The notes under the pieces were generated by a model. That model did not search any database. It was given only the letters and a program-made list of their open reading frames with translations, and had not been told where the DNA came from. From the NCBI GenBank assembly GCA_951406725.2, contig OX597816.1, positions 64,728,001-64,792,000 on the forward strand: a DNA stretch of 64,000 nt. Direction: 5' to 3'. Source of the DNA: Octopus vulgaris (lineage: Eukaryota). Made by a program: the position numbers and the translations under genes. Position 1 is the stretch's first letter, and every line of letters starts with the position of its first letter. Below are positions 27,116-41,400 of the stretch, piece after piece.

Positions 27116-27426
27116 CCTTATTGTTATCACTAGTAAAACTACTACGGCTACTTTTACTAATATCACTACTTCTGATACTATTACACTTGTTATGCTGACA
27201 TTTTTCTCCACACCGTTGTTGAACAAAGAAAATGTTTATAAACACGTTTATTTACAGACTGTTTACACAGAATAAATTCAATCTCTCAGCAAAATGCATT
27301 TTGGAAGAAAGAAAGAATTGTTTTCTGACAGAAAATAATTGTGAACATGTTTAACGATCGAAAACTGATAAAAAAACAGTTACAGAGGCAATAACTCACG
27401 AATGCATGCACACACACACACACGCA

Positions 27427-27481
<55 letters not shown>

Positions 27482-27572
27482 ACACACTTGGGTAAATGTC
27501 TTCTACTACAGTCTCGGTTCGATCAAAGCCTTGTGAAAGGTAAACGAAAGCTGAGAGGAAACCATCGCATAT

Positions 27573-27647
<75 letters not shown>

Positions 27648-28496
27648 TGGTGGTAATCCCAAAAATAAGGTCTCCAAAATTATTTAGAAATCACAGGAGC
27701 TTTTGGCCAATGATGTATTTTCTACATAATCGCCAATCGGTCGATGCATTTTTGTAGGCGCTGGGGCTGTTTTTGTATGGCCATGTCATACCAGCTTATC
27801 GCCATGTCGTTGAGTAAGCGTTAAACCTCATCGTTCACGTCGTTATCGCTTCTGAAGCGTATTCCGGCCAAATGTTCTTTGAACTTAGAGAACAGGTGGT
27901 TGTCACCGGGTGCCAAGTCCGGACTATGAGGTGGGTTGCCGTTTATGGTCTTCTGTGAGCATTCGTGGGACCCATCTTGCGCAAACATTCCGATATTGCA
28001 ACTTTTCCCTCAAAACGCTGTGAATGCTGTGAAATCTCAGGAACAAAAATACGGAGATCATACAGAGTGACCCTCTGATTTTTACCCAGGATTTGTTCAA
28101 CCTTCGTGACTGTCCCGTCGAAAATTGACGGTCGCCCGGTTCTTTCTTTGTCATGAATTTTAGTACGACAAGCTGCAAACTCCCTACACCACTTGCGGAC
28201 GTTTTTGACATCGAGGTATGGCTCGTCATACACTTCCGTTAACTGGCGATGAATTTCAATCGGTTTAATGCCTTTTGCGTTCAAAGACCGAATGACTGTT
28301 CGAAATTCACACTTGACGATAGCATCAATCGGGAGCTTCATCAAATACGACTGCCAAGCCAAGCATGAGCGTTGCTGCGAGATGCACGCAGAGGCAGGTG
28401 CATGCACAACAGATACAACAGTGTTGCCAATAGCCGCATGCTCAGTTTCCCTGCGTTGCCAGTGCTTTGGAGACCTTACTTTTGGGATCACCCTCG
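27648..28496 (-). mobile_element. Mariner (Tc1/mariner) element, internally deleted
   Basis: 31-bp TIRs (26/31 identical, CGAGGGTGATCCCAAAAGTAAGGTCTCCAAA) and a TA TSD. The transposase has an HTH (IHRQLTEVY..VRKWCREF..RTGRP) and a WVPRML motif fused directly to PPHSPDLAPGD. Confidence 0.93.
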
Positions 28497-28505
28497 TATA
28501 TAGAC

Positions 28506-28555
<50 letters not shown>

Positions 28556-28576
28556 GGGGAGAGAGAGGGAGAAAGG

Positions 28577-28648
<72 letters not shown>

Positions 28649-29189
28649 TACATATGTGTTTGAGTGTATGTGCGTGAGAGAGAGAGAGAGAGAGAGAGAG
28701 AAAGAAAGACTTAATGTTTGTTTCTCCTCAGCAACGCTAGAAACCGATGTTGGGTTTCTTACGTCCCTGTAACTTAGCAGTTCAGAAAAAGCAATGGACA
28801 GAAAAAATACCAAGCTTATAAAATTACTAGAATCGATTCATTCAATTAGAAAATTCTTCGAAACGGTAGCAAAGCATTATTGCAATCTAATTACTTAAAC
28901 AAATGAAAGAATAAAAACACATATATAACGATATATTCCATACAATTTCCGTCAACCAAATTCGCTTCTCTCATAAGGCATTGGTCGGTCCAGGCTACAT
29001 TAAAACAAAAAACTTGCTTAAGGTGACGCGCAGTGGAACTAAATATGAAATCACATGGTTTCAGAAACAGCTATAGGCAACTTCCAAAAAATCTTTGAGC
29101 ATAGAATTCTAAAGATGATATTTGTGAAGTCAGAATGAACTCTATAGATACTGCTGTGTTGAATCTCTCCGAGATGCATCAAGTGTTTC

Positions 29190-29404
29190 CTCTTTTACTC
29201 ATTACTATTTTAATTGTTTCCGTCATTTGACTGCGGCCATGCTGGAGTACCGCCTTTAAAGTCGAACAAATCGACCCCAGAGCTTATTCTTTGCAAGCCT
29301 AGTACTTATTTTATCTGTCTTTTTTGCCGAACCACTAAATTACGGGGACCTAAATACACCAGCATCGGTTGTCAAGCGATGCTGGGGGGCAAACAGACAC
29401 ACAA

Positions 29405-29455
<51 letters not shown>

Positions 29456-29620
29456 CGACGGGCTCCTTCCAGTTTCCATCTACCAAATCCACTCACAAGG
29501 CTTTGGTCGGCCCGAGGCTATAGGAGAAGGCACTTGCCCAAGGTGCCACGCAGTGGGACTGAAGCCGAGACCATGTGGTTGGTAAGCAAGCTACTTACCG
29601 CAGAATCACTTCTGCACCTG
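29190..29620 (-). mobile_element. SINE family B, full length
   Basis: Family B sequence in reverse orientation. Confidence 0.88.
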
Positions 29621-32027
29621 TGCCTGTTTATGAATATATTCTGTAAGCAATTCTTCAATCTTCTTCCATTTTTATTGATAAGGTTTTTTCAAACTCTATT
29701 AACGCGTGCTTCTCCAATCCGACTATTATGAGACTATCGCGAAGATCGAAATACTAACTTCCTGTCACAAATATAAACCGGAAATGTTCGCGGGTATTTT
29801 CATTCTTTTAAAGGAGGATGCAGCTGAAACGTTTGAGAATACGCTTCTCGTGATAGGTCAAGCCCTCATCACCTCATTCAATTTCCAAGAGGTAGTATAT
29901 GCTGCCCAACCACAGTAAATTTTATGAAAGGTAAGAGTGATGAAACTAGCGATGTCAAATCGGCCCTTAATGACTATATCGTTGTATACTGGCGGCAATA
30001 ACTAGGAGAAGATCCTTACATTTGATGGGTCAGCGTAACAGCGTAATCGTGAGTTTTATGTATGGAACTATAAATAATTCTGTGTGGCTGCAGCCACTAC
30101 TTTGAGGATCCTTTTCTTCTATGTTTATTTTTTTTTTGTTCTTTTTAGTATACTAGTATTTATTTTATATTATTATTGATTCACTCTTTTACCCAATGTA
30201 AATCTCTCGGTGTATCTTGTTTGTTTAATCTCTGTGTATATCGTTTTTATACCATATTCGATATCCTCTACCCTTGGGGCTCATAACAAATATTATTATT
30301 AACGTTGATATCATTGTCGTCGTCATCATCAATATATTAATATCATCTATATCAACATCACCAATACTCGCATCACATTGAAAACAGCATTGTGAAAATT
30401 GCATGCGCAACATTCCTGTCGATAATATATGCTAATTCCTTCATAAACCTCCAGCCAAGCATAAATCCAGAAGTTTTCTGCTGGAATGTAAAGACAACAT
30501 TGCAAATGAGATGTGTCATCCGGTTTAAAATTCCCTTGCGAAATGTGTTGAGAGTATATATTATTTAAGTTCTTATATATTCTGCTTTCTACTGATATAC
30601 AGCGAATGCCATATTCATCGAACGGTTATTTGATCAGAAGCTGCACAGTGCTTAAAGCAAAGAGTACTTTCTCACACGCTCCACACATCGAATAATTATT
30701 AACAGCACAAGAATTTTAACAATCAAAGGCAAGTGGCTACGTTACAATGTTAAGCCAAGCAGAAACTATGCCTCGGTGACTATGACAATGCCATTTATGA
30801 ATTCTTGTCAATGGGTTTAGTGACCTTCAAAGCAATACGATTCCTGATAAATCCTATCCAACTTTGGGTACTTATGTATGGATTTCTTCAGATTTAACAA
30901 TGAACAAGAACGTAGATCAATCTCTGTTGTTATGAATTCCGATGTTTCATGTTCTAAGACGTGGTTAGCAGTTCATAATCCAACAAGCAAGCCACAACAT
31001 AATACTCAAATCGTATAAGGGTGCTGTCTGACTCAGACTTTATATGTTGGTGCCACCAAAGCAAAGAGAGTAGGAATGTTTTGGAGTTTATGTATGATCA
31101 TTTTGATTATTTTCGGATACATTAATTTCATATGGCATTGAGCGACAGACTAAATTAAGATCAAATTCATTTATTACGTTTGCTTTCAAAGTGGTTGAAT
31201 TAGTTTCACTTTATTGCCGAATGCCTCTTATCTTGTCATTGAATTATCGATTAGCATTGCTCTTCTAAAAGATTTGCTGATCTCATATTTATTTTCATCA
31301 AACAATTTATAGTACTTACTGATTGCAACCAAGAACTGACTACGCTGACTCTGCTAATATTTCATTTTATGTTTCATGTGAAGTATATTTACTAATTAGA
31401 AATAGTAATCGGTACAGCGTGTCAGTTACTTAGATTGATCTACGAAAGATAAACACAAAGATGCATACGCGGTTAATTAATTAATTAATTAATTAATAAT
31501 GCGATACACAGCGCTCTTCGGATAATTTGAAATGCAATGTGAGATATATCTTTCCTATAAACATATAACTTTCAACATAAAAACACACTTGAATATACAT
31601 ATGTGTGTGTGTCTGTGTGTATATATATATATATATATACATATGTGTGTGTGTGTGTGTGTATGTGCGTATGAGTGTGTTCGTATATATATGCATATGT
31701 ATATATATGTATATATATATATATGCATATATATATATATTTATGTATATGTATATACATACATATATGTATTTATATATATATATGTATGTATGTATAT
31801 ATATATATATATGTGTGTATATATATGTATATATATATAGAAATAGATATATGTATATGTATGTATTATTATAATTAGTTGGGAATATTACTTCCAAGTA
31901 CACAGGAAAAATACATTCAAATTAGATGTAATTTAATGTATATATATATATATATATATATATATGGATGAATATAAATATACACACATGCACACATCTA
32001 CATACATACATATATATATATACACAC

Positions 32028-32063
<36 letters not shown>

Positions 32064-32494
32064 TGATATATATATGTGTGTCTCTATATATTATGTGTAC
32101 ATGCACCTACATATATCAATACACTTGTGAGTTTATCGAAAAGTTATATCATTCAAGATATTTCAAGTTATCAGTATATGTACTATAATGTAATTAATTA
32201 CGCATGTTGTCAGCGCATGTGCTGTTATTCAAATAGGCGTGACCTGTTTAGAAGAGACCACTTTCCTTCACAGTATACATAATTATAAGTTACTAATATA
32301 TCTGAGAATACAAAGAGATGGTATTTTATACAGATGAATGTCTAAGAAAACTAAATCCGAATCAGATGTATCCCACACGCTTCTACTCACAAGGAAAATA
32401 ATCTCTCCTGTGCCATAACAGGTTTGTTTTCTTTACATAGTGATGTCAAATTTTCATGTGCCAGGAGAGCTACATGCCGTTTATACGTACATAA

Positions 32495-32536
<42 letters not shown>

Positions 32537-32550
32537 ACAATCACACACAT

Positions 32551-32602
<52 letters not shown>

Positions 32603-32606
<4 letters not shown>

Positions 32607-32913
32607 CGTTATATAATTAGGGTTCAGTAAAATAATTTACTTAACCACACACCGAACTTTTAGAAATAGCAGCCAAAAAATTTTAGCTATTTCCTCTACT
32701 ATAAGAAAATACTTTTCTTACAGTAGAGGAAATAGCTGAAATTTTTGGGCTGCTATTTCTAAAAGTTCGGTGTGTGGTAAAGTAAATTATTTTACTGAAC
32801 CCTAATTATATAACGTAATGTTTAAAATATACCGTAAATGGTATTTTTACATACTGAACACTACTTGGTAAAATTGATAATTAATAATTAATTAATTTTA
32901 CCCTTTTATTATT

Positions 32914-32917
<4 letters not shown>
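32603..32917 (+). mobile_element. Fold-back insert in (TA)n: 107-bp inverted arms plus a ~100-bp tail (probable PLE terminus)
   Basis: 32603-32709 is the reverse complement of 32713-32819 with a few mismatches. The tail is homologous to 56620-56710 (+) and 61981-62065 (-). Confidence 0.7.
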
Positions 32918-32975
<58 letters not shown>

Positions 32976-32989
32976 ACATATATATGTGA

Positions 32990-33036
<47 letters not shown>

Positions 33037-33198
33037 ACATAGATGAGTATATGAATGCAAGTGAGCGTGTAAAGAGCATGATGGATAAATATATTTGAAA
33101 AGTTATCTTTTGAAACACCTTATCAATTACATGCATTAATATTATTTTAAATAGCGCATTATAGTGCCTATATTATTCTCTCTATCTCACACACGCAG

Positions 33199-33231
<33 letters not shown>

Positions 33232-33516
33232 CATGCATACACACATGCACATACAATTATATATATATACACACACACACAAATACATGTTCACATATAT
33301 ACATATGTATATATATATATATGTTTGTATATATACTATATATACATATATATATGTATATATACTATATATACATATATATATGTATATATACTATATA
33401 TACATATGTATCTATATATATATATACATATATATATATGCATATGTAAATACATATTGCATTACTTTATGTCTGTGTGAATTTGGTCGGTGTATGTGTC
33501 AATGTGTTTATGCTTA

Positions 33517-33591
<75 letters not shown>

Positions 33592-33606
33592 TTGTATATA
33601 TATATG

Positions 33607-33656
<50 letters not shown>

Positions 33657-35059
33657 CATATATGCATGCGAATATTCTTATTGAACGTTAACCATATAAA
33701 ATTATATATGTAATGTAAAAACCTTGGCGGGGTGAGGAACATTGTAAACGTTAATGTTTCTCCGAGAAATATTGATTTGAGACAGACATTATCCTAAATG
33801 GCTCTTTCATTAGCGGTTGGCCAGCTAAAAGATGATTTGTCTTCTTGGCTGGTTGCCAAAGTAATATGAATCAAATCAACAAGAGTAAATCATCATAATC
33901 ATCACTGCCATCACCATCATCATCATCATCAGCAGCAGCAACACCACCAGCATCAAATTTACGAAGACCACTACTGCTCCTTCTATAATTCCTCCACCCT
34001 CCACTTTCCTGCTAATCATCTCAAGGTGTCAAGAGGGCAAAAGAAAATTTCTTCGTTATTTCAATATTAATTGGATATAGATATGACAGTTGAACGGTGT
34101 CCATAGAATTTGGTCATATTTCCTAACAGTCGTAGAGGGCTTGCGACAAATGGTGAAAGGCCAGATTGTTATTTAAAAATTTATGGTTGAAACATGTGAA
34201 TATTTGGGTGGTGGACGAGGAAACATTATTTAGGTCTACGAGTCAAAGAATACGACCCATGGAGACGATCAATATTGGATATGTCTCAGAGAAAGATATA
34301 TGATAATTTGTGAATGGATAAATCTTTACTATAGAGAGATTAGAATTGTCATTGACCTTTTTTCTGTTTAGCCTTTGATCAACCCCTATTAATTAAACCT
34401 ACAATATAAGGCGTTCCAGCCATGGCACTTCGATTATTTATGCCATTTTTCTAGGCTTCTGTCTACGTTATTCTTAGATGTCATACTTTGCAAGACGGGA
34501 GTTTTGGTATAAGGGAGCCTTTGCTGCAAAATCTAGGACATCCCGAAGACAAGGGAGCATTCGCCTTCCTAATGAAAACCACTGAAAGTACTTACCGTTC
34601 CCGTTTGGCTTTTGTCCTCAACCTATAAACATTTCACACCATCGTAAGAGATATTGATAAAAGATCTCTAACTAATGTTCTGAAAACGTAGAAATTCTCC
34701 ATGTACTTCATCTTGGAATAGTTCATGCATGCATGTGTGTTTGTCTTGTGTGCCTGTATGTGTGTGTTAGGAAGCAGACGCAAACAGAAGGCAAGATGGT
34801 TGGGGGAAGGAACAAGTTTTCAAAAATGGTTTGTTCGTTTAACGCTTTAAAATATGGCAGTGAGTCTTGACGCTTCACAGGTATTTCGTCAGAAAAAATA
34901 AAAGTTTGAGAAAAGAATGAGAAAAAGGCAGTTGGAAAATAAATAGTTAGGAGGCCTGGTAAGAATGCGGCTATATAGACAGATAGATACAGATGCGTGT
35001 ATGTATGTATGTATGTATGTATGTATGTATGTATGTATGTATGTATGTATGTATGTATG

Positions 35060-35090
<31 letters not shown>

Positions 35091-36149
35091 GTAGATAGAT
35101 AGGTAGATAGATAGATAGATATGTAGGTAGGTAGGTAGGTCGGTAGGAAGATAGGTACGTAGGTAGATAGATAGATATATACCTACCTACATACATACAT
35201 ACACACATACATACACACATACATACACACATACATACATACATACATACATACATACATACATACATACATACATACATACATACATACATACATACAC
35301 ATTTTATGAATCTCAAGAGAGGAATATTTCTTAAATTCAATTCGTGATTAATCAAAGATGCCGGGCTTTTACCCGTTCAAATGGAATGATATGTATTTTC
35401 GTATTTATTTCTTGCTTTCAAACAAAATTTCAGTTTCCGTGACATAAAATCAAGATTACTAAATTGTTCGTATCATAAATTTATGAGGTTAATTACTCAG
35501 AGAGGACATCATCATAGGATAGAATAATCAAATTATTAAAGCCAACACATTTCATGCTGAATCTGTGCATTAAAAATTAAATTAGAAATACGAATGCGTT
35601 GAGGAAAATATTATAATAGCTCAGTTTAATTTCATTTTAATAACATTGGTGTTATCCTATCAGAAATGTTTCCTTGTACTTGCCAAAATGATTAAAATAA
35701 TATAAGCCATTGAGCTAATGTTATCGTTTTCTCAATGTATAATTATTTCTGATTAGTTTTCCAATGGATAGTATATTAAATATGTTAACACTAATTTAAG
35801 TATTCGTATGATGGACTATGAATCATTTCTCCATGGCAAATAATACAAATGACTACACAACCAATCATGAAAATAACCATTATGAAATTGAATTATCTAT
35901 GCCTAAACAGAGAACCACGTAAAACTACTGTGCGCTAAAAATAAAGCCTTAATGTGGACGCTACACGTATTTGATATAGCAATAAAATCTCACTCATATC
36001 GCAACTAAATATTTAATAAAAAAGAAAAGGAAACAGGAAAAAATTCGAGCAGTATCAGCGAAATTTCACTACAAGCGCGCCCTGCTGTTTCATAAATTAA
36101 AAGATATTGAATAATAATAATAATAATAATAATGATAATAATAATAATG

Positions 36150-36656
36150 TGGAAGTGTCATCATCTACATTGTTTTGTCTTGGTATAAAAGATAGACTAC
36201 AGCAAATATTCTATTCAATACCACAGATTAGCTTGTCAGTTGTTTGACCATAACCAGTTGAGCATGTCCCTTAGTGGCTGACGATGTGTGCATCTCTGAC
36301 CATGAGCAGAAGTAGTGGAGGAGCATCATAGCCATGTGTCAAGAGGAATTCTTTGGGGTTTGAATAATTCACCTTTGGAAACATGGGTTTCGTTCAACAT
36401 CCTTAAACAACCCTTATTCAGGGACCTTTTGAGCAGGATGGGTTTACTCGACCAGAAGAAAATTCTAACTGGGCCTCACCTGAAAGGTCATGTACTGTTT
36501 ATCTTGATATGAGATCACCATGTCGGGCACACATGGTTGTGATGCATGTGCCTGGTGCACCCTTATCAGGCGGGTAGTCATGATGGGTATACTGGGCTTC
36601 GTATATTCTACCCCAGTGTCACTTTGTTGGCATGCACTGCTCTCCTCTCTCACCCA
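36150..36656 (+). mobile_element. R4/Dong-like LINE 3' UTR between (AAT)n tracts
   Basis: Flanked by (AAT)n on both sides, with a homologue at 22160-22630 and an adjacent RT fragment. Confidence 0.65.
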
Positions 36657-36671
36657 ATAATAATAATAATG

Positions 36672-36705
<34 letters not shown>

Positions 36706-36730
36706 TAATAATAATAATAATAATAATAAT

Positions 36731-36915
36731 ACGCTGGAAACACTCCTACAGGGAGTACATGGATTTACCAAAGAAATAGATATGGAATTTGGATTAGAAA
36801 AATTACGTGCCAAAGAGGAAAACTAGTTAAGAGTAGCAACATCACACTAGATAAGGCCAATGAAATAAGAGAATTGAACCAAAGCCATACATACAAATAT
36901 TTAGGGATCAATGGA
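36731..36915 (+). pseudogene. R4/Dong-like RT fragment
   Basis: LLQGVHGFTKEIDMEFGLEK ... EIRELNQSHTYKYLGI. Confidence 0.8.
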
Positions 36916-37171
36916 CTAAATATGAGCCTGGTAGGTGTAAAAGACTAACTGGCATCTGGTACTCACCAAGAGTACAGGCGACAGTAAGATCGCTGCACTT
37001 TGTTGTGCACTCTGCTGTCGTTATTTGATTGCTGTTATTATGTGTGGCAGTTGTGTTTTGCAGGGTTACCTTATTTTTACCCTTAACTTAGAATTGGAGA
37101 AAGAGAGTGCTGAATATTTAAAAAATGAGCTATGTGGGGCTAGATATAAAGAGGGAGAATGAGAAATTCTT

Positions 37172-37542
37172 CAGGCGCAGGCGTGATTGTGGACTAAGAA
37201 GCTTGCTTCCCAACCACATAGTTGCGGATTCAGTTCCACTGCGTCGCACCTGGGGCAGTTTCCTCCTACTATAGCCTCGGGCCGACCCAAGCCTTGTGAG
37301 TGGATTTCGTTGAGAAACTGATAGAGCCCCGTTGTGTGTGTGTGTGTGCGCGCGCGCGCGTTGGTGTGTGTGTGTGTGTGCGTCTTTCTGTCAGTGTTAG
37401 TCCGCAAAAGAAACAAAGATAAGTGCAAGGCTTAACAAAATAAGTTCTGGGGTCGATGCATTCCACTAAAACATCTTCAAGGCGGTCGGCCAGCATAGCT
37501 GCAGTCTAATGACTTAAATAATTGGTAGATAAAAGGTAAAAG
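37172..37542 (+). mobile_element. SINE family B (diverged subfamily)
   Basis: GGCGCAGGCGTG...TATAGCCTCGGGCCGACC...GCAGTCTAATGACT. Confidence 0.8.
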
Positions 37543-37642
37543 ATATACAGGGCTACGACCTATCTAGTCACTCTTTCTCAAAGCATTAATGTATTTTATA
37601 CAGAGACAATGTGTTCAAATATAGAGGTGTTATATCTTTCGG

Positions 37643-37950
37643 GTGTCGAGACACATTGCCTAGTGGTTAGAGCAGCGGACTCGCGGTCGAGGGATCGCGG
37701 GATCGATTCTCAGACCGGGCGATGTGTGTGTTTATGAACGAAACACCTGAGCTCCACGAGACTCCGGCAGAAGGTAATGGCGAACTTCTGCTGACTCTTT
37801 CGCCACAACTTTCTCTCACTCTTTCCTCCTGCATCTTGCAGCTCACCTGCGACGGACCGGCGTCCCGTCCAGGTGAGGAACCTATACGCCAAGGAAACCG
37901 GGAAACCGGCCCTATGAGCCAGGCGTGGCTCGAGAAGAAACAAACAACAA
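37643..37950 (+). mobile_element. SINE family C
   Basis: tRNA-like head GCCTAGTGGTTAGAGCAGCGGACTCGCGGTCG; tail GAAACCGGGAAACCGG. Confidence 0.88.
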
Positions 37951-38178
37951 CATATCTTTCTGGTACAGTGTTGAATAAAAGTTATGGATATGGGCTATAG
38001 TTCAGACATTTGATGCGCACCGGTAATGTACGAACTTAGATGGATACCAGGCTACCTTTATAATGTGCTAATCCGTTTATATGATTTATTGAAATATTTG
38101 ATAATACAGGGTTCGTAAGAAGTCACTTTGAAAACCATTAAACGGATATTCAATCGATAATGTATGCCAACTGTCCAT

Positions 38179-38568
38179 AGGCGTAGGAGTGGCTATGTTG
38201 TAAGTAGCTTGCTTACCAACCACATGGGTCCGGATTCAGTCCCACTGAGCAAGCGTTTTCTACTATAGCCTCCGGCCGACCAATGTCTTGTGAGTGGATT
38301 TGGTAGACGGAAACTGAAAGAAGCCCGTCGTATATATGTATATGTATGTGTGTGTATATGCTTATGTGTTTGTGTTTGTCCCCTCAACATGGCTTGACAA
38401 CCGATGCTGGTGTGTTTCGGTGCCCGTAACTTAGCGGTTCGGCAAAAGAGACCGATAGAATAAGGCTTACAAAGTATAAGTCCTGGGGTCAATTTGCTTG
38501 ACTAAAGGCGGTGCTCCAGCATGGCCACAGTCAAATGACTGAAACAAGTAAAAGAGTAAAGAGAGAGT
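38179..38568 (+). mobile_element. SINE family B, full length
   Basis: Family B sequence from head to tail. Confidence 0.9.
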
Positions 38569-38653
38569 CCAGCAGATTTCTACCATTTCTGGACAGTGAC
38601 CTAATTTATGTAAAGAAAATTTGTGAGTAATACATATGCGTGCGTGCGTGCGT

Positions 38654-38700
<47 letters not shown>

Positions 38701-38811
38701 TGTGCGTGTGTGTGTGCGTGCATGCGTATGTGTGTGTGTATGTGTGTGTGTGCGTGTGTGTATGTATGCATGTACTGCAACTCACTGAGCTGAAAAAAAA
38801 ATGAGGATTGC

Positions 38812-38990
38812 CTGTATTTCAAGGGACCAGCCCTGTCACATTCTGTGACGCTGAATCTCCCCGAGAACTACGTTAATGATACGCGTGACTGTGGAATGGT
38901 CATCATCTTGCACTTTAATTTCACGAGCAGACTGTCCCATCGATTGGATCAACCGCAAGCCTCGTCATCGTAATCGACGGAGTGGCAGTT
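38812..38990 (+). mobile_element. Interspersed repeat (SINE-like 3' part); second copy at 54670-54840 on the minus strand
   Basis: TATTTCAAGGG..CAGCC..TCACATTCTGTG...TTCACGAGCAG.CTGT..C..GATTGGATCAAC is shared between the two copies. Confidence 0.7.
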
Positions 38991-39021
38991 ATTGCAACGA
39001 CTTTTGGTATCTATCGATATA

Positions 39022-39253
39022 TATTTCTTTACTACCCACAACAGGCTAAACACAGGGGGGACAAACAAGGACAGACAAAGGGATTAAGTCGATTACATCG
39101 ACCCCAGTACTTAACTGGTACTTAATTTATCGACCATGAAAGTATGAAAGGCAAAGTCGACCTCGGCGGAATTTGAACTCGGAACGTAACGACAGAAGAA
39201 ATACGGCTACGCATTTCGCCCGGCGTGCTAATATTTCTGCCAGCTTTCCACCT
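39022..39253 (-). mobile_element. SINE family A monomer with TSD
   Basis: Flanked on both sides by TTTGGTATCTAT(C/G)GATATA. Confidence 0.88.
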
Positions 39254-39802
39254 TCATTTGGTATCTATGGATATAGTGACACTAAACTATGTCTGACATT
39301 CACAGATTTAAACTAGGTGTCTTTGTCATATACAGATTACGATTAATCATAAACCTGCATGGTCAGGATGACCAGGGGGCCAAACTACAAAAGAGACTGC
39401 CAACAAATAAATATATATATATATATTTCATAATATACGCAATATACTTGCATGAATCTAATTTGGCATCAAATACGAAGTGTCTGAAACAGCCAGACCG
39501 TCTATATTACGAAACATTCTTGGCGAATTTTAAGCTGTTAATCTTTATTGTATCTGATGCTAACTTAATGTGTTCAGCGACAGAATATATGTACTAATAT
39601 ATAGATAGTCGTGACATTGAATATATAAAAGAAAGGCTGATGGCAATGTAAGTTCAAAACTTGTATTCTCTGTTCTAAATTTTACAAGTGTCTTTGATGT
39701 ACAGTCACAAGTCTGTGCACGCATGCGCCCATATCAGTACGTTTGCTTGTATATGCATAAGCTATAATTTAAATATCCAGAGAGATTTTGTTGGTTGAAT
39801 AT

Positions 39803-40210
39803 TCTTTTACTGTTTTACTCCTTTAATTGTTCCAGTCATTTGACGGCGGCCATGCTGGAGCACCGCCTTTAGTCGAGCAAACGCCCCTTTGTAAGCCTAG
39901 TACTTATTCTATCGGTCATATTTGCCGAACCGCTAGGTTACGGGGACGTAAACACACCAGCGTCGGTTGTCAAGCGATGTTGGGTGGGAGGCAAACACAG
40001 ACACACAGACATATACACACACATACATATATACTTATAAATATAACGACGAGCTTCTTTCAGTTTCCGTCCACCAAATCCACTCACAAGGCTTTGGTCG
40101 GCCCGAGGCTATAGTAGAAGACACTTGCTCAAGGTGCCACGCAGTTGGACTGAACCCGGAACCATATGGCTGGAAGGCAAGCTAATTACCACTCAGCCAC
40201 TCCTGTGCCT
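39803..40210 (-). mobile_element. SINE family B, full length
   Basis: Family B sequence in reverse orientation. Confidence 0.88.
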
Positions 40211-40603
40211 TAACTATAAATAAGTTAAAAGGTTTCCTTAAAGCTTTTAATAATCCAACATTTCGGGCGTAAAATAACCTTTGAATAGAAAATACTGCTT
40301 TGATGAGAATAATAGAAAAATGACTAAATTTCTGATGCAGGTTCAACTCTGTCTATATAGGTATGGAACTGCCATAAACTTAGGATTTTATCCATCTCCT
40401 TCAATGAAAATAAGTATTCTCCCTCGAAAGAACGGATTATTGAATGTTTTATTATAAGTGTTCATTGAAGCATGTCTATATTCAGTCCTCATACAATGCC
40501 GTTGGTGACTAATAACTCACCAATTTCCTTTATATTACGTGCACTGCTACGAAGAATCAACGCAAGCATACGCAGACACGTTCACGTATACATATATATG
40601 AGC

Positions 40604-40661
<58 letters not shown>

Positions 40662-40747
40662 GTGTGTGTATGAGTGTGTGTATGTCTGTGTGTGTGTATG
40701 TGTGTGTGTTTGTGTGCGTCGGTGTATATATATATATATATATACAC

Positions 40748-40797
<50 letters not shown>

Positions 40798-41099
40798 ATG
40801 TGTGTGTGTGTGTGTGTGTATGTGTGTGTTGTAAAATATAGAACAGAAGACAAAAGGAACGGGTAAAAATTTGCTTAAGACATTAAAACCTAGATCCTGT
40901 CTTCAAAAATTGATCACCAGGTTTTTGGAACTGAACAAGTAGTTTTGAATACGGCTAACCGAACTGCTATGTCACGTGCGCCTTTCTGTTACCTAAACAT
41001 ACAGATGTAATTTTATTTATTTTACATACTTTTAAATTTCTGGGTTGAAAGAAAATATTAGAAAACACTTAACATTTTAAGTATACCAACGTGACATAC

Positions 41100-41400
41100 G
41101 AAGTAGTCAACAACTGTAGGTAAGACGATACGATGAATATCGAATAGTGTTAAAAATTCAACGCAGAAAATACTGTCCAAATGGAAATGTCTAGAACAAA
41201 GAAACCTAGGAAATGTTGTAACAGGTGTAACAGAGGCAGGCCAAATTTCACTTGGTTAAAGGCATTTCAAGTTGACTTGAATACAGTCGACATTATGCGG
41301 AATGGATGAGCGAAAATGGTAGCCGACCTAACCTGGTGTTGGAGCTTGCTGTTCAATGCACTGAGCAGTCTAGGAGGATTTAAATCTAATAGCTAAGCCT
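41100..41400 (+). mobile_element. RTE-like LINE 3' end, decayed
   Basis: NRGRPNFTW..F..DL; the tail TGAGCAGTCTAGGAGGAT..AGCTAAGCC is shared with 45700-45740. Confidence 0.6.

Noticed and set aside
26586-27275. Mucin-like P/T-rich ORF
   Set aside because: It is a compound tri- and tetranucleotide repeat open in several frames, with no splice or domain evidence.
37643-37720. Functional tRNA genes at SINE heads
   Set aside because: A and B boxes are present, but each continues into a SINE body and lacks a complete acceptor stem.
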